Below are positions 1 to 9,373 of a stretch of 64,000 nt of DNA, one piece after another. The position numbers and the translations under genes were made by a program. Under the pieces are notes generated by a model. The model did no database searches and had not been told where the DNA came from. It was given only the letters and a program-made list of their open reading frames with translations. The stretch comes from a bacterium (GTDB lineage Bacteria > Vulcanimicrobiota > Xenobia > Xenobiales > Xenobiaceae). Where the stretch lies: contig JAUNIO010000001.1 of the NCBI GenBank assembly GCA_030535355.1, positions 3,983 through 67,982 of the forward strand. Direction: 5' to 3'. Within the stretch, counting starts at the first letter, position 1. The number at the start of each line of letters is the position of its first letter.

Positions 1-3000
1 GATGTGCTGCCATCGTCATAAGAACCCATAGCTTTCATCTGAGTGCTCAGACCGACAGACATAGTGGGAGCAGCGGGGTCTAAAGTAATGCTCTTGAGTT
101 TGGCAGTTACTTTAACTACGCAGGGGGCATCACAGCTAATGCCATCATAAGAAGCGGTAATGTTAGCCGTGCCCGAAGCCCTGGCGGTGATGGTGGATCC
201 GCCGTCAGCTTTAGCGGTAATTCTAACTATATTAGTATCGGAACTGGTCCAATCAGCCAGTTTAGAAATATCGACAGTCCTATTGTTATTATAAGTACCG
301 GTCGCTTTAACCGTTCCCGTACCGCTGACATCTAAAGTCAGTTCCAAAGGCTCCAGAGCAATAGACTGCAGTACCGGAGCAGTGACTTCAACCGCGCAGC
401 CGGGATCGCTGGTTACACCATTCCACTTGGCAATAATGGTAGCCGTGCCTTCAGCAACGGCGGTCACGGTACCGTTATCATCAACGGTAGCCACAGCAGG
501 ATTGCTGCTAGTGAAAGTTACCCCGGTCAGCTCATCTTCTCTGCCGTCAGAGAAGTGGCCGATAGCTTTAATCGTACCGGTTAAATCTTCTACAACCGTT
601 AATGAAGCAGGTTCGAAAGTAATGGAATCTAAGGTAGCATCATTGACGGTCACCGCGCAAGTTGCGGTCAATTCGGTTGCCGTGTGTTTGACCGTAATAG
701 TCGCTGTGTCACCCGTGGTCTCGCCAGCGGTGATCACGCTATTGATAGCGGTAGCGACCTCTGCCTTGTCGGTAGACCAAGTCAGCCCGTCAGCATCGGT
801 CAGCGTCTTGGTCGAACCATCGCTGAACTTACCTTCAACTTTGACGTTTTTACCCTGTTTGGCGCTCAGAGTTACACTGTTGGGCGTAATAGTCATGGAC
901 TGCAGAACCGCATCGGTAATGGTAACTGCGCAGGTCTGGCTGCAGGGCAAATCGCCGCTGGTCGCGCTGATCGTAGCCGTGCCGGGTTTCACACCGGTAA
1001 CCACACCATTGGCGTCAACGGTAGCAACACTCGTATCACTGGACGTCCAGGTTAAAGCGGGAGTAGAAGCCGGCTCGCTTTCATCGCTCATCACGGCTTT
1101 GGCAGACAGTTCAGCAGTCAAACCAGCCGGAGCAGAAGCGGTCGTTTCCTGAATAGCGATGGAAACCGGCACAGCAGCGGTTACCTCAACAGTACATTTA
1201 CTGTCGCCGCTATCTACACCGTCATAAGCAGCGGTCAGCGCAGAGCTTCCCACTGCTAAACCCTTAACCGTAGCCCCAGTAGCGGTCTTTTCGGTGACCG
1301 CTGCATAAGTTTCCTGAGTACTGGTCCAGGTAACCAAATTAGAAATCTCTTTGGTAGTGCCATCGCTGTAAACGCCAGTAGCGTGAACCGTGTCGGTCAG
1401 GCCTTTAGCGATTGACAGCGCACTAGGAGTTACAGTAATAGATTTCAGTTTGGCATCTGTCACGGTGACGTGGCAGTTAGAACTGGTAACTTTATCGCAG
1501 ACTACGTAAACATCGGTTTCAGCATTGACCGTTTTACCAGTGATCACGCCGTCCATAACGATGGCTATGGAAGTGTCTTTAGACTTCCATTCTAAATTAT
1601 CGGTCAGATAAGCAACAGTGCCATCGTTATACGTACCCTTAGCCTTAAGAGCTTCAGTGGTGCTTTCACCGTTAGGCAGTAAAACCGCGTCGGGTTCGAG
1701 GGTAATAGATTTTAATTTAACAGCACTTACTTTAACTACACAGGCAGAGCTGGTAATGTTTCCGCTCTTTACCTTAATATTGGCTTTGCCGGCACTTACA
1801 CCGCTGACAGTGCCGTCCTCAGAGACTGTGGCCACTGAACTCTTATCAGTGGTCCAGGTTAAGCCTTCGCTTAGTTCAATGGTCTCGCCATCGGTAAAGG
1901 TACCTTTAGCAACGAGCTTGTTTTCGTAATCGTGACCGGCGAAAACAGAAATAGTCGCAGGCTCAATAGCTATGGACTTCAGCACAGCGTCTTTAACTGT
2001 TACTTTACAGGATGCCGAGCATTCATCCAAACTAGCTGTTACATCGATCGGGCCGCCTACACTCTTAGGAGTGATCTTACCTTTTTCCACTACGGCAACA
2101 GCCGCATCGGAGGTAGTCCATTCAGCGCTTCCCGTTATATCTTTCGTTGTACCGTTATCGTAAACACCAGTTGCTTTAACTGTGACCGCAACGCCTAAAG
2201 GAGTGCTAACAGTTTCGGGGTCGATGGTGATAGCGGTAAGGGTTACAGCTTTAACGGTAACTTTAACAGTAGCCGTCTGACCATTTATAGTAGCAGTAAT
2301 GGTAGCTGTACCTGCTTCAACACCGGTAATCTTACCAGCTTCGCCGCCGGTAGAAGCCGATTCTACTGTGGCGACTTTGGGGTTGCTGCTGGAGAATTCC
2401 ACCTGATCGGTAACATCAACCGTGGAACCATCTGCTAATGTAGCGATAACTTTCAGAGTATCGCTATCCCCTACAAAGACTTCGGGAGACGTTTCCACGA
2501 ATTCGATCTTGGTGATCTGAGCATCGTCTTTAACCGTAACCTTACAGGTTGTTTTCAGGTTATCGAGAGAAGCCGTAATGGTCGCAGTACCTGCCGTATA
2601 GCCAGCGACTTTAGGAGCTGATTTATCTCCGTTGGCCGGGAAGACTATATTAGCCACGGCCTCATCAGAGCTTGACCAGGTAACCAAAGCAGTTACGTCC
2701 GAACTAGTGCCGTCGCTGTACTGACCTTTGACAGAGATGCTCTTTTGCAAACCTACGGGAACAGTCATAGCCTCACTGCTCATCGTAAGTTTGACCAATT
2801 TACCATCTGTCACGATAACGGTCAGACTGCACAGAACCTGACCTTTTTCATTGGAGGCAGTTATGATGGCTTTACCGGGATTGTGGGTAATGATATAAAC
2901 ACCCAATCCCTTGGCCGCTGCATTAGCGGTAACCGGTTTAACTTCGGCTACGTTGGTGTCAGAGCTATTCCAGCTGACCACATCAGTTAAATCAATAACC

Positions 3001-3506
3001 GAGCCAGAGCTGGTCACAGCAATCGCGCGGACAGGAGCCGTTTCATTGACGTTCATATACGCCACGCCATCTTTAACGGTGACGTTCTCTGGATCAATTT
3101 CGTGGTCCACGACTTTGTCGCTGTTAACTATGACCTTAGCCGTAGCGGAGAGGTTGTCACAGTAGGCAGTTACAGTAGTCGAACCGACTTTTAACGCTGT
3201 GACTTTGCCGCCCGTCACGCTGGCAATAGTTTCATCGGCCATACGCCAGCTGGCACGATCGGTAATACGCGATGTAGTACCGTCGCTGTACGTACCTATG
3301 GCATCGACCTTCGCGGCCAAGCCCACAGGCAGTTTCACCGTCGTATAATCCAAAGTAATTTTTGTGAGTCTGGTTCCAGTAGAACCTGATGAACCATGTC
3401 CATCTGAGTCGTAGCAGCCACCGGCAAACAGTGGCAACAACACCAACAAGGCTAGCAAATAACTCAAGCTAAGCCGTCGTTGAGCGGTGTGGCTGTGTTG
3501 TAGCAC
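1..3506 (-). CDS. Giant surface lipoprotein built of >=13 tandem bacterial Ig-like (Big_2-type) domains; partial, C-terminus runs off the left window edge
   Basis: Own translation of the minus strand: the frame is open from GTG at 3506 (AGGAGG 6-7 nt upstream, ~3512-3517) down to position 1 with no stop. It is therefore absent from the ORF track, because the stop lies outside the window. N-terminus is a signal peptide plus lipobox-like LFAGGC. Then ~85-90 aa repeats follow with the Big_2 pattern (L.SI.I.P..L.L..G...QL.A.G.YSDGT..D.T..V.W.SSD..VATV...G.VTAV..GTA.ITA...G....C.VTV). Plus-strand ORFs 382-3165 are antisense artefacts of this gene. Confidence 0.8.
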   Translation of the reverse strand, partial: MLQHSHTAQRRLSLSYLLALLVLLPLFAGGCYDSDGHGSSGSTGTRLTKITLDYTTVKLPVGLAAKVDAIGTYSDGTTSRITDRASWRMADETIASVTGGKVTALKVGSTTVTAYCDNLSATAKVIVNSDKVVDHEIDPENVTVKDGVAYMNVNETAPVRAIAVTSSGSVIDLTDVVSWNSSDTNVAEVKPVTANAAAKGLGVYIITHNPGKAIITASNEKGQVLCSLTVIVTDGKLVKLTMSSEAMTVPVGLQKSISVKGQYSDGTSSDVTALVTWSSSDEAVANIVFPANGDKSAPKVAGYTAGTATITASLDNLKTTCKVTVKDDAQITKIEFVETSPEVFVGDSDTLKVIATLADGSTVDVTDQVEFSSSNPKVATVESASTGGEAGKITGVEAGTATITATINGQTATVKVTVKAVTLTAITIDPETVSTPLGVAVTVKATGVYDNGTTKDITGSAEWTTSDAAVAVVEKGKITPKSVGGPIDVTASLDECSASCKVTVKDAVLKSIAIEPATISVFAGHDYENKLVAKGTFTDGETIELSEGLTWTTDKSSVATVSEDGTVSGVSAGKANIKVKSGNITSSACVVKVSAVKLKSITLEPDAVLLPNGESTTEALKAKGTYNDGTVAYLTDNLEWKSKDTSIAIVMDGVITGKTVNAETDVYVVCDKVTSSNCHVTVTDAKLKSITVTPSALSIAKGLTDTVHATGVYSDGTTKEISNLVTWTSTQETYAAVTEKTATGATVKGLAVGSSALTAAYDGVDSGDSKCTVEVTAAVPVSIAIQETTASAPAGLTAELSAKAVMSDESEPASTPALTWTSSDTSVATVDANGVVTGVKPGTATISATSGDLPCSQTCAVTITDAVLQSMTITPNSVTLSAKQGKNVKVEGKFSDGSTKTLTDADGLTWSTDKAEVATAINSVITAGETTGDTATITVKHTATELTATCAVTVNDATLDSITFEPASLTVVEDLTGTIKAIGHFSDGREDELTGVTFTSSNPAVATVDDNGTVTAVAEGTATIIAKWNGVTSDPGCAVEVTAPVLQSIALEPLELTLDVSGTGTVKATGTYNNNRTVDISKLADWTSSDTNIVRITAKADGGSTITARASGTANITASYDGISCDAPCVVKVTAKLKSITLDPAAPTMSVGLSTQMKAMGSYDDGST

Positions 3507-3804
3507 GACATTACCTCCTATTATCTTTTAACAATGCACCCCAATAACAACCAGGTACAAATTATTGCTTAATTAGTTTATCTTCGCAAAAACTCATTTC
3601 GTCCCTGCCACGTTCGACTCATTTTCGATAAAATCAGCTTCAGTTTAGATAAGCGTTTTCTAAAGACTATGATGCCCCCACTAACTATTAATACTTATTA
3701 AAACTAAAACATACCTAGTTAAGCAGCGCCTAAGCAATTCTGTGCGCCAATGCTAGTAGAGTACCCAAAAGAGGCAAACCAATCTTTAACGCGAAAACGC
3801 ACCC

Positions 3805-6504
3805 ATGACTATGGCAGAAACAGGATCAGAGAGCGCTCAGACGGCAGAACGCGGCCAGCATTACATAGTTGGCATAGATTTAGGAACGACGAATTCAGCT
3901 ATTGCGCGCATTTCCCGCAGCGGCAGCACCCTCGAAAATCAGCTCATTTGGCAGAGAGTATCTGCCGACCAATTAGCGGAGCTGAGGACCCTGCCCAGCT
4001 TTTTGTACTTACCAGGGCCTCACGAGCTGCCTCCTCAGGCCCTACAGCTGCCCTGGAGCAATAACTGCTCTTACATTGTAGGTGACTTTGCCCGCACCCA
4101 AGGCTCACGCGTTCCAGGACGGGTAGTCACATCCGCAAAGTCCTGGCTAGCCCATCGGCGCAACGATCCCAATGAAGCTTTCCTACCCCGCGAATCTTTA
4201 CAGAATACTCCTAAAGTCAGCGCCGTAGAAGCGACCAAGCGCTACCTGATACATTTGCGAGAGGCGTGGGATTACGCCAATCCCCAGCATCCCTTAGCGC
4301 TGCAGAATATCGTCCTCACAGTCCCCGCTTCCTTTGATGAAGTAGCCCGCGAATTAACATTAACTGCTGCTGAGCAAGCCGGCCTATCGCGCATTAATCT
4401 TTTAGAGGAACCCCAGGCAGCTTTTTATGCCTGGCTGTGGCAACATCAAAACTGGCGTCAGGAACTCCAGGGTATAGAACAAATCCTCATCTGCGACATA
4501 GGAGGCGGCACAACCGACTTCACCGCTATTAAGTTTGCCAATGACAGCTTAGAGCGCGTAGCCGTTGGGGAACATCTTATGCTAGGCGGCGACAATTTAG
4601 ACCTAGCTATCGCCCATTTAGCCGAGCCGCGCTTGGGAGGTTCTCTGGATATTCTGCAATGGGGCGTTTTGCGCCACGAATGCCGCCGCGTTAAAGAAGT
4701 TTTATTGGGTGAAGAACCTCCTGAGGAATGCACATTAACTATCCCAGGCAGCGGTTCTAAATTATTAGGAGGAGCGTTAAGCGCTACAATAACCCGCGAC
4801 GAAGTTAATAAGTTAGTACTCGACGGCTTCTTCCCGCTGGTGGGCCTCGATGAGCCAGTGCAGCAGCAAACCCGCCCGGGATTGCGCGAATGGGGATTGC
4901 CATACGCCAGCGATCCCGCTATTCCCAGACATTTAGCGGCCTTTTTGCGTACCCATCAGCTCGAACCAGACGCAGTCCTGTTCAACGGCGGGGCCTGCCG
5001 TCCGGCTGCCATCACCCAGCGTTTGTGTGAGATCCTTCAAAATTGGCGGGGGGGCCGCCGAGTTCGGCTGCTTAACAACTCTGAAGGAGATTTAGCTGTA
5101 GCTCAAGGGGCGGCCGCATTCGGATGGCTTAAGCTGCAGGGCCGCCAGCGCATCAAAGGAGGCACTGCGCGCTCATACTATTTAGGCGTAGCCGAGGGAC
5201 AGGCTCTTTGTGTCGTCCGGCGCAATCAGGAAGAAGGAGTCACACAAGAGATTCAGCAACCAGAATTGCGTCTGCGTTTAGGCATACCTGTAACCCTGCC
5301 GCTTTATTCCTCTACCGAGCGTCCTGAAGATGACTTAGGCAGCCTCACGGCAACAGACTGTTTACGGCCCGCTGGATCACTGGAAACCGTGATCAGCGGG
5401 AATAAAAATGAACACGGAGAGCTGCCCGTGCATTTAGCCGCCCAAGTCACCGAAATTGGGACTTTGGAACTTTGGGCTATTTCTCAAAAGCGCCGCTGGT
5501 CGCTGCAGTTGCCCTTGCGCGGCAAGCGCCAGGCCCCCACCGCACCCGAGCTCGATTTAGCCAAATTGGAACCCCTGCGCCAAAGGTTAATTGCCACTTT
5601 TCTCGCCAAAGTACCTAAAGATTCCCACGCCAAAGCGAGACCGCGCACAGCTATGAGCGCCTTAGAAGAGAGCTTAGGACCGCGCGATTCCTGGTCGCTG
5701 GCTTTAAACCGCTATCTCTGGGAAGGCTTTCTGCAGACCCTTACCCGCCGCCGCAGTTCTCCTGAACACGAAGCGGCCTGGTTCAACGGAGCGGGGTTCT
5801 GCCTACGCCCAGGATTAGGTTACCCATTAGACAGCTGGCGCTCGCAGCAAATGGCCAATATTCTCAGCGACTGGATGCAGTACAACAGCGAAGAGCGCGT
5901 GCGCAAAGAGTGGTGGGTTTTCTGGCGCCGTCTAGCCCCAGGCTTAAGCGAAGACTGTCAGAATGAACTCTGGCATCATATGGCCCCTAAGCTTATGCCT
6001 TCACGCAAACACCTGAAAAGCCGTATAAAATCCCTCCTGCCTTCAGAGATCAACGAATTCCTGCGTTTAGCCGTCAGCCTAGAGCGCTTAGAATTAAGCG
6101 AAAAAATCGCCTTAGGCAATGTTCTCAATCAGCGTTCCCAGCCAAGCGCGGAATTATGCTGGCAGTTAGCCCGCTTAGGAGCCAGGCGTTTGGTTGGCAG
6201 CGGTTCCAATCGCGTTTTGCCACCTGATACTGTAATACCATGGATTGAGCGCTTCCTAGCTGTAACCTCGTGGAATCAGCCCAGAGCCTACGGGTATAGT
6301 TTAGCCGAGATGGCCAGATATACCGGAGAGCGAGATTTAGATGTGCCCGAATCCCTGCGGAAGCAAGTCGCCCAGCGCCTGCAGCGGGAAAACTTAGCAG
6401 AAGCTGCCCTAATAGTCAGCGAAATTACAGCTATAGAAGAAGAAAACCGCGCTCATTTGCTCGGCGATACTCTTCCCCTAGGGCTGCACCTGACTGATCA
6501 TTAA
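3805..6504 (+). CDS. Hsp70/actin-superfamily ATPase (DnaK-like nucleotide-binding domain) fused to a ~400 aa C-terminal domain of unknown function
   Basis: ORF 3805..6504 (899 aa). Contains 'IVGIDLGTTNSAIA' (Hsp70 phosphate-1 motif) and 'ILICDIGGGTTDFTAI' (phosphate-2 motif). No recognisable DnaK substrate-binding domain or EEVD tail. The C-terminal half is Arg/Trp-rich and unrecognised. Start 3805 vs 3811 is ambiguous and there is no strong SD. Confidence 0.7.
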   Translation: MTMAETGSESAQTAERGQHYIVGIDLGTTNSAIARISRSGSTLENQLIWQRVSADQLAELRTLPSFLYLPGPHELPPQALQLPWSNNCSYIVGDFARTQGSRVPGRVVTSAKSWLAHRRNDPNEAFLPRESLQNTPKVSAVEATKRYLIHLREAWDYANPQHPLALQNIVLTVPASFDEVARELTLTAAEQAGLSRINLLEEPQAAFYAWLWQHQNWRQELQGIEQILICDIGGGTTDFTAIKFANDSLERVAVGEHLMLGGDNLDLAIAHLAEPRLGGSLDILQWGVLRHECRRVKEVLLGEEPPEECTLTIPGSGSKLLGGALSATITRDEVNKLVLDGFFPLVGLDEPVQQQTRPGLREWGLPYASDPAIPRHLAAFLRTHQLEPDAVLFNGGACRPAAITQRLCEILQNWRGGRRVRLLNNSEGDLAVAQGAAAFGWLKLQGRQRIKGGTARSYYLGVAEGQALCVVRRNQEEGVTQEIQQPELRLRLGIPVTLPLYSSTERPEDDLGSLTATDCLRPAGSLETVISGNKNEHGELPVHLAAQVTEIGTLELWAISQKRRWSLQLPLRGKRQAPTAPELDLAKLEPLRQRLIATFLAKVPKDSHAKARPRTAMSALEESLGPRDSWSLALNRYLWEGFLQTLTRRRSSPEHEAAWFNGAGFCLRPGLGYPLDSWRSQQMANILSDWMQYNSEERVRKEWWVFWRRLAPGLSEDCQNELWHHMAPKLMPSRKHLKSRIKSLLPSEINEFLRLAVSLERLELSEKIALGNVLNQRSQPSAELCWQLARLGARRLVGSGSNRVLPPDTVIPWIERFLAVTSWNQPRAYGYSLAEMARYTGERDLDVPESLRKQVAQRLQRENLAEAALIVSEITAIEEENRAHLLGDTLPLGLHLTDH

Positions 6505-6546
6505 ATAGCATTGCCTAAAATTTAATGCCGTTTTGTTTCATGCCGC

Positions 6547-6586
6547 TTAGTTAGCGATCAGCTAACCCGCGAACTATCCAGTCCCA
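6547..6586 (+). repeat. Intergenic repeat family, copy A (core only: AGTTAGC-GATCA-GCTAACc hairpin + GCGAACTATCC)
   Basis: tagTTAGCGATCAGCTAACccGCGAACTATCcagtccc lies 40 nt after the stop of the Hsp70-like gene and abuts the stop of the convergent zinc-ribbon gene. It matches copies B-F. Confidence 0.7.
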
Positions 6587-6597
6587 AGTTTATATTA

Positions 6598-6807
6598 TCA
6601 TCCCATAATATCGAGGCTGTGCCCCAAATATTTATTTTGCTGATGACGGGCCACAACTTCACGCGGCAGGCGAATTAAACCGCCGCACTCGGGACAGCTA
6701 CAAACATCCCCTTCCAAAGCAGCTGTCAAATCTTCATCGCTGAGCACAGAGCCGCAATGAGGACAGGTTATGCGTTTAACCGGCTGTACGTTTCCTAATT
6801 CTGCCAT
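6598..6807 (-). CDS. Small zinc-ribbon protein (CPHCG...CPECG), function unknown
   Basis: ORF 6598..6807, 69 aa. Two CxxC pairs spaced ~20 aa apart. ATG is preceded by GAGGG with a 6 nt spacer. Convergent with the Hsp70-like gene. Confidence 0.6.
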   Translation of the reverse strand: MAELGNVQPVKRITCPHCGSVLSDEDLTAALEGDVCSCPECGGLIRLPREVVARHQQNKYLGHSLDIMG

Positions 6808-7029
6808 GCTGAACCCTCACAATAAAACGGCTGCCCTGCTTTCTCCACTACGAAAACCACGAGGAAAACAGAGCAAAAAATATTAATAATTAAAACTAAA
6901 TTATTGGTAATTAATATTATAATGCTAATTATAAGGCTATTATAATTGTTAGTGGTTCACTTCAACCTAAAACCTCCCTGCTAAAAAATATCATGTTAAA
7001 AAATATCATTTAGTTAGTGCTTAATGCCG

Positions 7030-7079
7030 TAGTTAGCGATCAGCCAACTTGCGAACTATCTGACTCACCCTAAAGGATG
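7030..7079 (+). repeat. Intergenic repeat family, copy B (core)
   Basis: tagTTAGCGATCAGCcAACttGCGAACTATCtgaCtCaCCCTAAAGGATG, 5 nt before copy C and in the same orientation. Confidence 0.75.
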
Positions 7080-7084
7080 TCTTA

Positions 7085-7192
7085 TCATTTAGTTAGCGAT
7101 TAGCTAACTAGCAAACTATCTAACTCCCCCTAAAAGATGGGAAGGAGAGATGTCGCGGCTGCGACAGAGGGGGTGCCCAAGACTGTTGGGGA
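7085..7192 (+). repeat. Intergenic repeat family, copy C (core + extended module GGAGAGATGTCGCGGCTGCGACAGAGGGGGTGCCCAAGACTGTTGGGG)
   Basis: The core atttagTTAGCGATtAGCTAACtaGCaAACTATCtaaCtCCCCCTAAAaGATG is followed by a ~50 nt extension. The extension is ~85% identical at nucleotide level to the extension in copy E and has two hairpins, GTCGC-ggct-GCGAC and CCCAA-gactg-TTGGG. It overlaps the first 43 nt of ORF-track ORF 7150..9171. Confidence 0.75.
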
Positions 7193-7242
7193 GAAAACAG
7201 CAAAAAGGAACCTCTGTACAATTTCCAGAACATTGCAAAGTT

Positions 7243-9171
7243 ATGACACCAGACATTTTGGGTAATCGCTATTTATTGCAAGAACGTATAGGCGAAGGCG
7301 GCATGGGCAAAGTTTTTTGCGCTTATGACCGTGAAACCGGCAATGACGTTGCCATAAAATTACTGCACGGCAGACTGACCAAAAGAGAACGCTCCTGCCG
7401 GCGTTTTAAGCGCGAGGCCATGATAGCCATCCACCTCAGTCATCCCGGCATAGTTAAAGTTTACGATTACGGCACCGAACCGCGTCCCTACATCGTAATG
7501 GAAAAGTTGGAAGGCTTGCCACTGCGCAAATACATCCGCTCCCATCAATTAGATTATATTCAAGTTCTGCAGCTGGCGCTGCAAATATGCGATATACTGC
7601 ATTACGCCCACGGCAAAGGAATTGTCCACCGCGACCTCAAGCCGGATAATATTATCGTCGAACCCAATGGCCGCGTAAAACTGCTCGATTTCGGCTTAGC
7701 CCGCATGACTAAAAATACCAATTTATCGGCGCTTACCAAACAGGGCACGGCTTTAGGCACATGCTCCTATATGGCACCAGAACAAGCTGCGGGCAAAGAA
7801 GCAGATGAACGTTCCGACCTCTACTCTTTAGGTATAATTCTTTACGAGTTTATCGTAGGCATGACGCCGTTTTCCGCTGATGATCAGGAAGCGATACTCT
7901 ACATGCAGGTGCATCAAAAACCGGAACCGCCCTGTCAGGTGAACCCTGATTTACCCAAGCCCGTCGGCGATTTACTGCTGTGGATTCTCAATAAAAGGCC
8001 AGAAGACCGTCCTCAGTCCGCTCTGCAGCTCAAACACAAAATTGAAGAGATATTAGCATATTTAGAGCAAAACGCCCGTCTCAGCCGTCCTTCCGTTTTG
8101 CTTCCCGATCCCAACGAAATTCACGGCGCTGGCGTAAAGATAATTAATCGCTACCCCGAAGCGGATCCGGACACTGCGCCTATGCCCAATGTCTCAGCTA
8201 AAACACCAAACGTTCCTGCTTTTATCCCCGCCCCAGGAACAGCCCGTCTCCCCGAAAAAGACCCCTGGCCCAAGCGTCTGCCTATAACCGTGCGCAATTC
8301 CCAACCGCAGTCAGCTCCGACTCAGTCGTTACTAGCGCCACCAGCACGGCCTGCCCTAAAATCCAAGAAGTACCTGCTTTCTTTAGAAGAAGATGGTCAG
8401 CACACTCTAAACAACAAAGTTAACGCTCAGCTCACTCCTGGCAGTGTCATAAGATCGAGTGTAGAAAACGAGCTGGCTGGTTTCGACTTTCCAGAAGTAG
8501 AATTCAGCTTCCCTCAGCCAGAAGCTGCCCGCCAGTCTTCCCAGCCCCTAGCCCAAGAACAGCCAGCGCCGCCTATGCCGGCTAGACAGCGCCACATGAC
8601 ACAGTATCAGCTGCGCCGCACCACCAAAACTCAGCCTGGCAAACGCTGTCTAGTTACCATGCTGTATATGGCAGTAGATAAGTACAGTCATTTATGTCAT
8701 GAAAAACAGACATTGATAGAATTGAGCGAAGCTATGACCTACAGTCTGCGCGAAGCTGTAGATTCCTACAAGGGACAGCTGCGCAAAAGCAGCAGTGAAG
8801 CGCTATCGGCACTGTTTACTGGGACTCAGAGCGGGCTGCGGGCCGCCCAAGCTGCCCAGAAAATGCGCCGGGAATTAGAAGCTATTAAACTGAGTTTTGG
8901 CATAAACAGCGATATAGCTTTAAAAGTGGGCATATACAGCACAGAGCTACTGCTCACCGCTGATGATCGGCTTCGCGAAGGAGAAGAAAACAATCTGCGT
9001 TTTTATGCAGAGCGTTTGGCCAGTATTTCCCGCACCGAAGCCCGAGGGGCTACAGTTGTCAATTCCGAAAGCCTTGACAAAAACATGCAGTACGAGTTTC
9101 TGCGCACTATTTATATTGGCGGCGGGCGCAGCGACGCCGTATATCTGCATAAAATAACCGCACTTCCTTAA
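7243..9171 (+). CDS. Hanks-type Ser/Thr protein kinase with a ~370 aa C-terminal extension
   Basis: ORF-track frame 7150..9171. Kinase motifs: GEGGMGKV (Gly loop), VAIK, HRDLKPDNII, DFGLAR, SYMAPE. I place the start at the internal ATG 7243 (MTPDILGNRYLL...), because 7150-7192 is conserved at DNA level with repeat copy E and so is probably non-coding. The C-terminal ~170 aa (CLVTMLYMAVDKYSH...ALKVGIYST) weakly resembles a degenerate class III nucleotidyl-cyclase fold; this is speculative. Confidence 0.8.
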   Translation: MTPDILGNRYLLQERIGEGGMGKVFCAYDRETGNDVAIKLLHGRLTKRERSCRRFKREAMIAIHLSHPGIVKVYDYGTEPRPYIVMEKLEGLPLRKYIRSHQLDYIQVLQLALQICDILHYAHGKGIVHRDLKPDNIIVEPNGRVKLLDFGLARMTKNTNLSALTKQGTALGTCSYMAPEQAAGKEADERSDLYSLGIILYEFIVGMTPFSADDQEAILYMQVHQKPEPPCQVNPDLPKPVGDLLLWILNKRPEDRPQSALQLKHKIEEILAYLEQNARLSRPSVLLPDPNEIHGAGVKIINRYPEADPDTAPMPNVSAKTPNVPAFIPAPGTARLPEKDPWPKRLPITVRNSQPQSAPTQSLLAPPARPALKSKKYLLSLEEDGQHTLNNKVNAQLTPGSVIRSSVENELAGFDFPEVEFSFPQPEAARQSSQPLAQEQPAPPMPARQRHMTQYQLRRTTKTQPGKRCLVTMLYMAVDKYSHLCHEKQTLIELSEAMTYSLREAVDSYKGQLRKSSSEALSALFTGTQSGLRAAQAAQKMRRELEAIKLSFGINSDIALKVGIYSTELLLTADDRLREGEENNLRFYAERLASISRTEARGATVVNSESLDKNMQYEFLRTIYIGGGRSDAVYLHKITALP

Positions 9172-9282
9172 CAGTCTCGGGCAACAGTCTCGATTAAACA
9201 GCCTTGAGCATTGCCCAGTAAACCATTCATTATTTATTGTTTATCATTTAGTAATATGTACGGCCATTTATTTTGCAGTTTA

Positions 9283-9320
9283 TGTAGCAATTAGCTAAGC
9301 TGCGAACTATCGGACTCCAT
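9283..9320 (+). repeat. Intergenic repeat family, copy D (degenerate core)
   Basis: tgtagcaaTTAGCtaAGCTgcGaACTATCggaCtCC, preceded by 'ttatcatttag' at ~9241-9251. It lies upstream of the membrane-protein/shc pair. Confidence 0.5.
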
Positions 9321-9373
9321 CTATATTAAGCAAAATCAAACTACAGCACCGTTTGACGCTGACGGAGAAACTT

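Noticed and set aside
382-3165. Seven plus-strand ORFs (e.g. 382..1152, 684..1055, 1618..1929, 2911..3165) with low-complexity V/T/A/S-rich translations
   Set aside because: They lie antisense to the long minus-strand Big_2-repeat gene, whose frame is open across the whole region. Their repetitive composition mirrors the sense-strand repeats.
7150-7242. ORF-track start of the kinase at 7150 (MSRLRQRGCPRLLGRKQQKG...)
   Set aside because: These 90 nt are ~85% identical at the DNA level to the non-coding extended repeat module at 15125-15178. A canonical kinase N-terminus (MTPDILGNRYLLQERIGEGGMGKV) starts at the internal ATG 7243.
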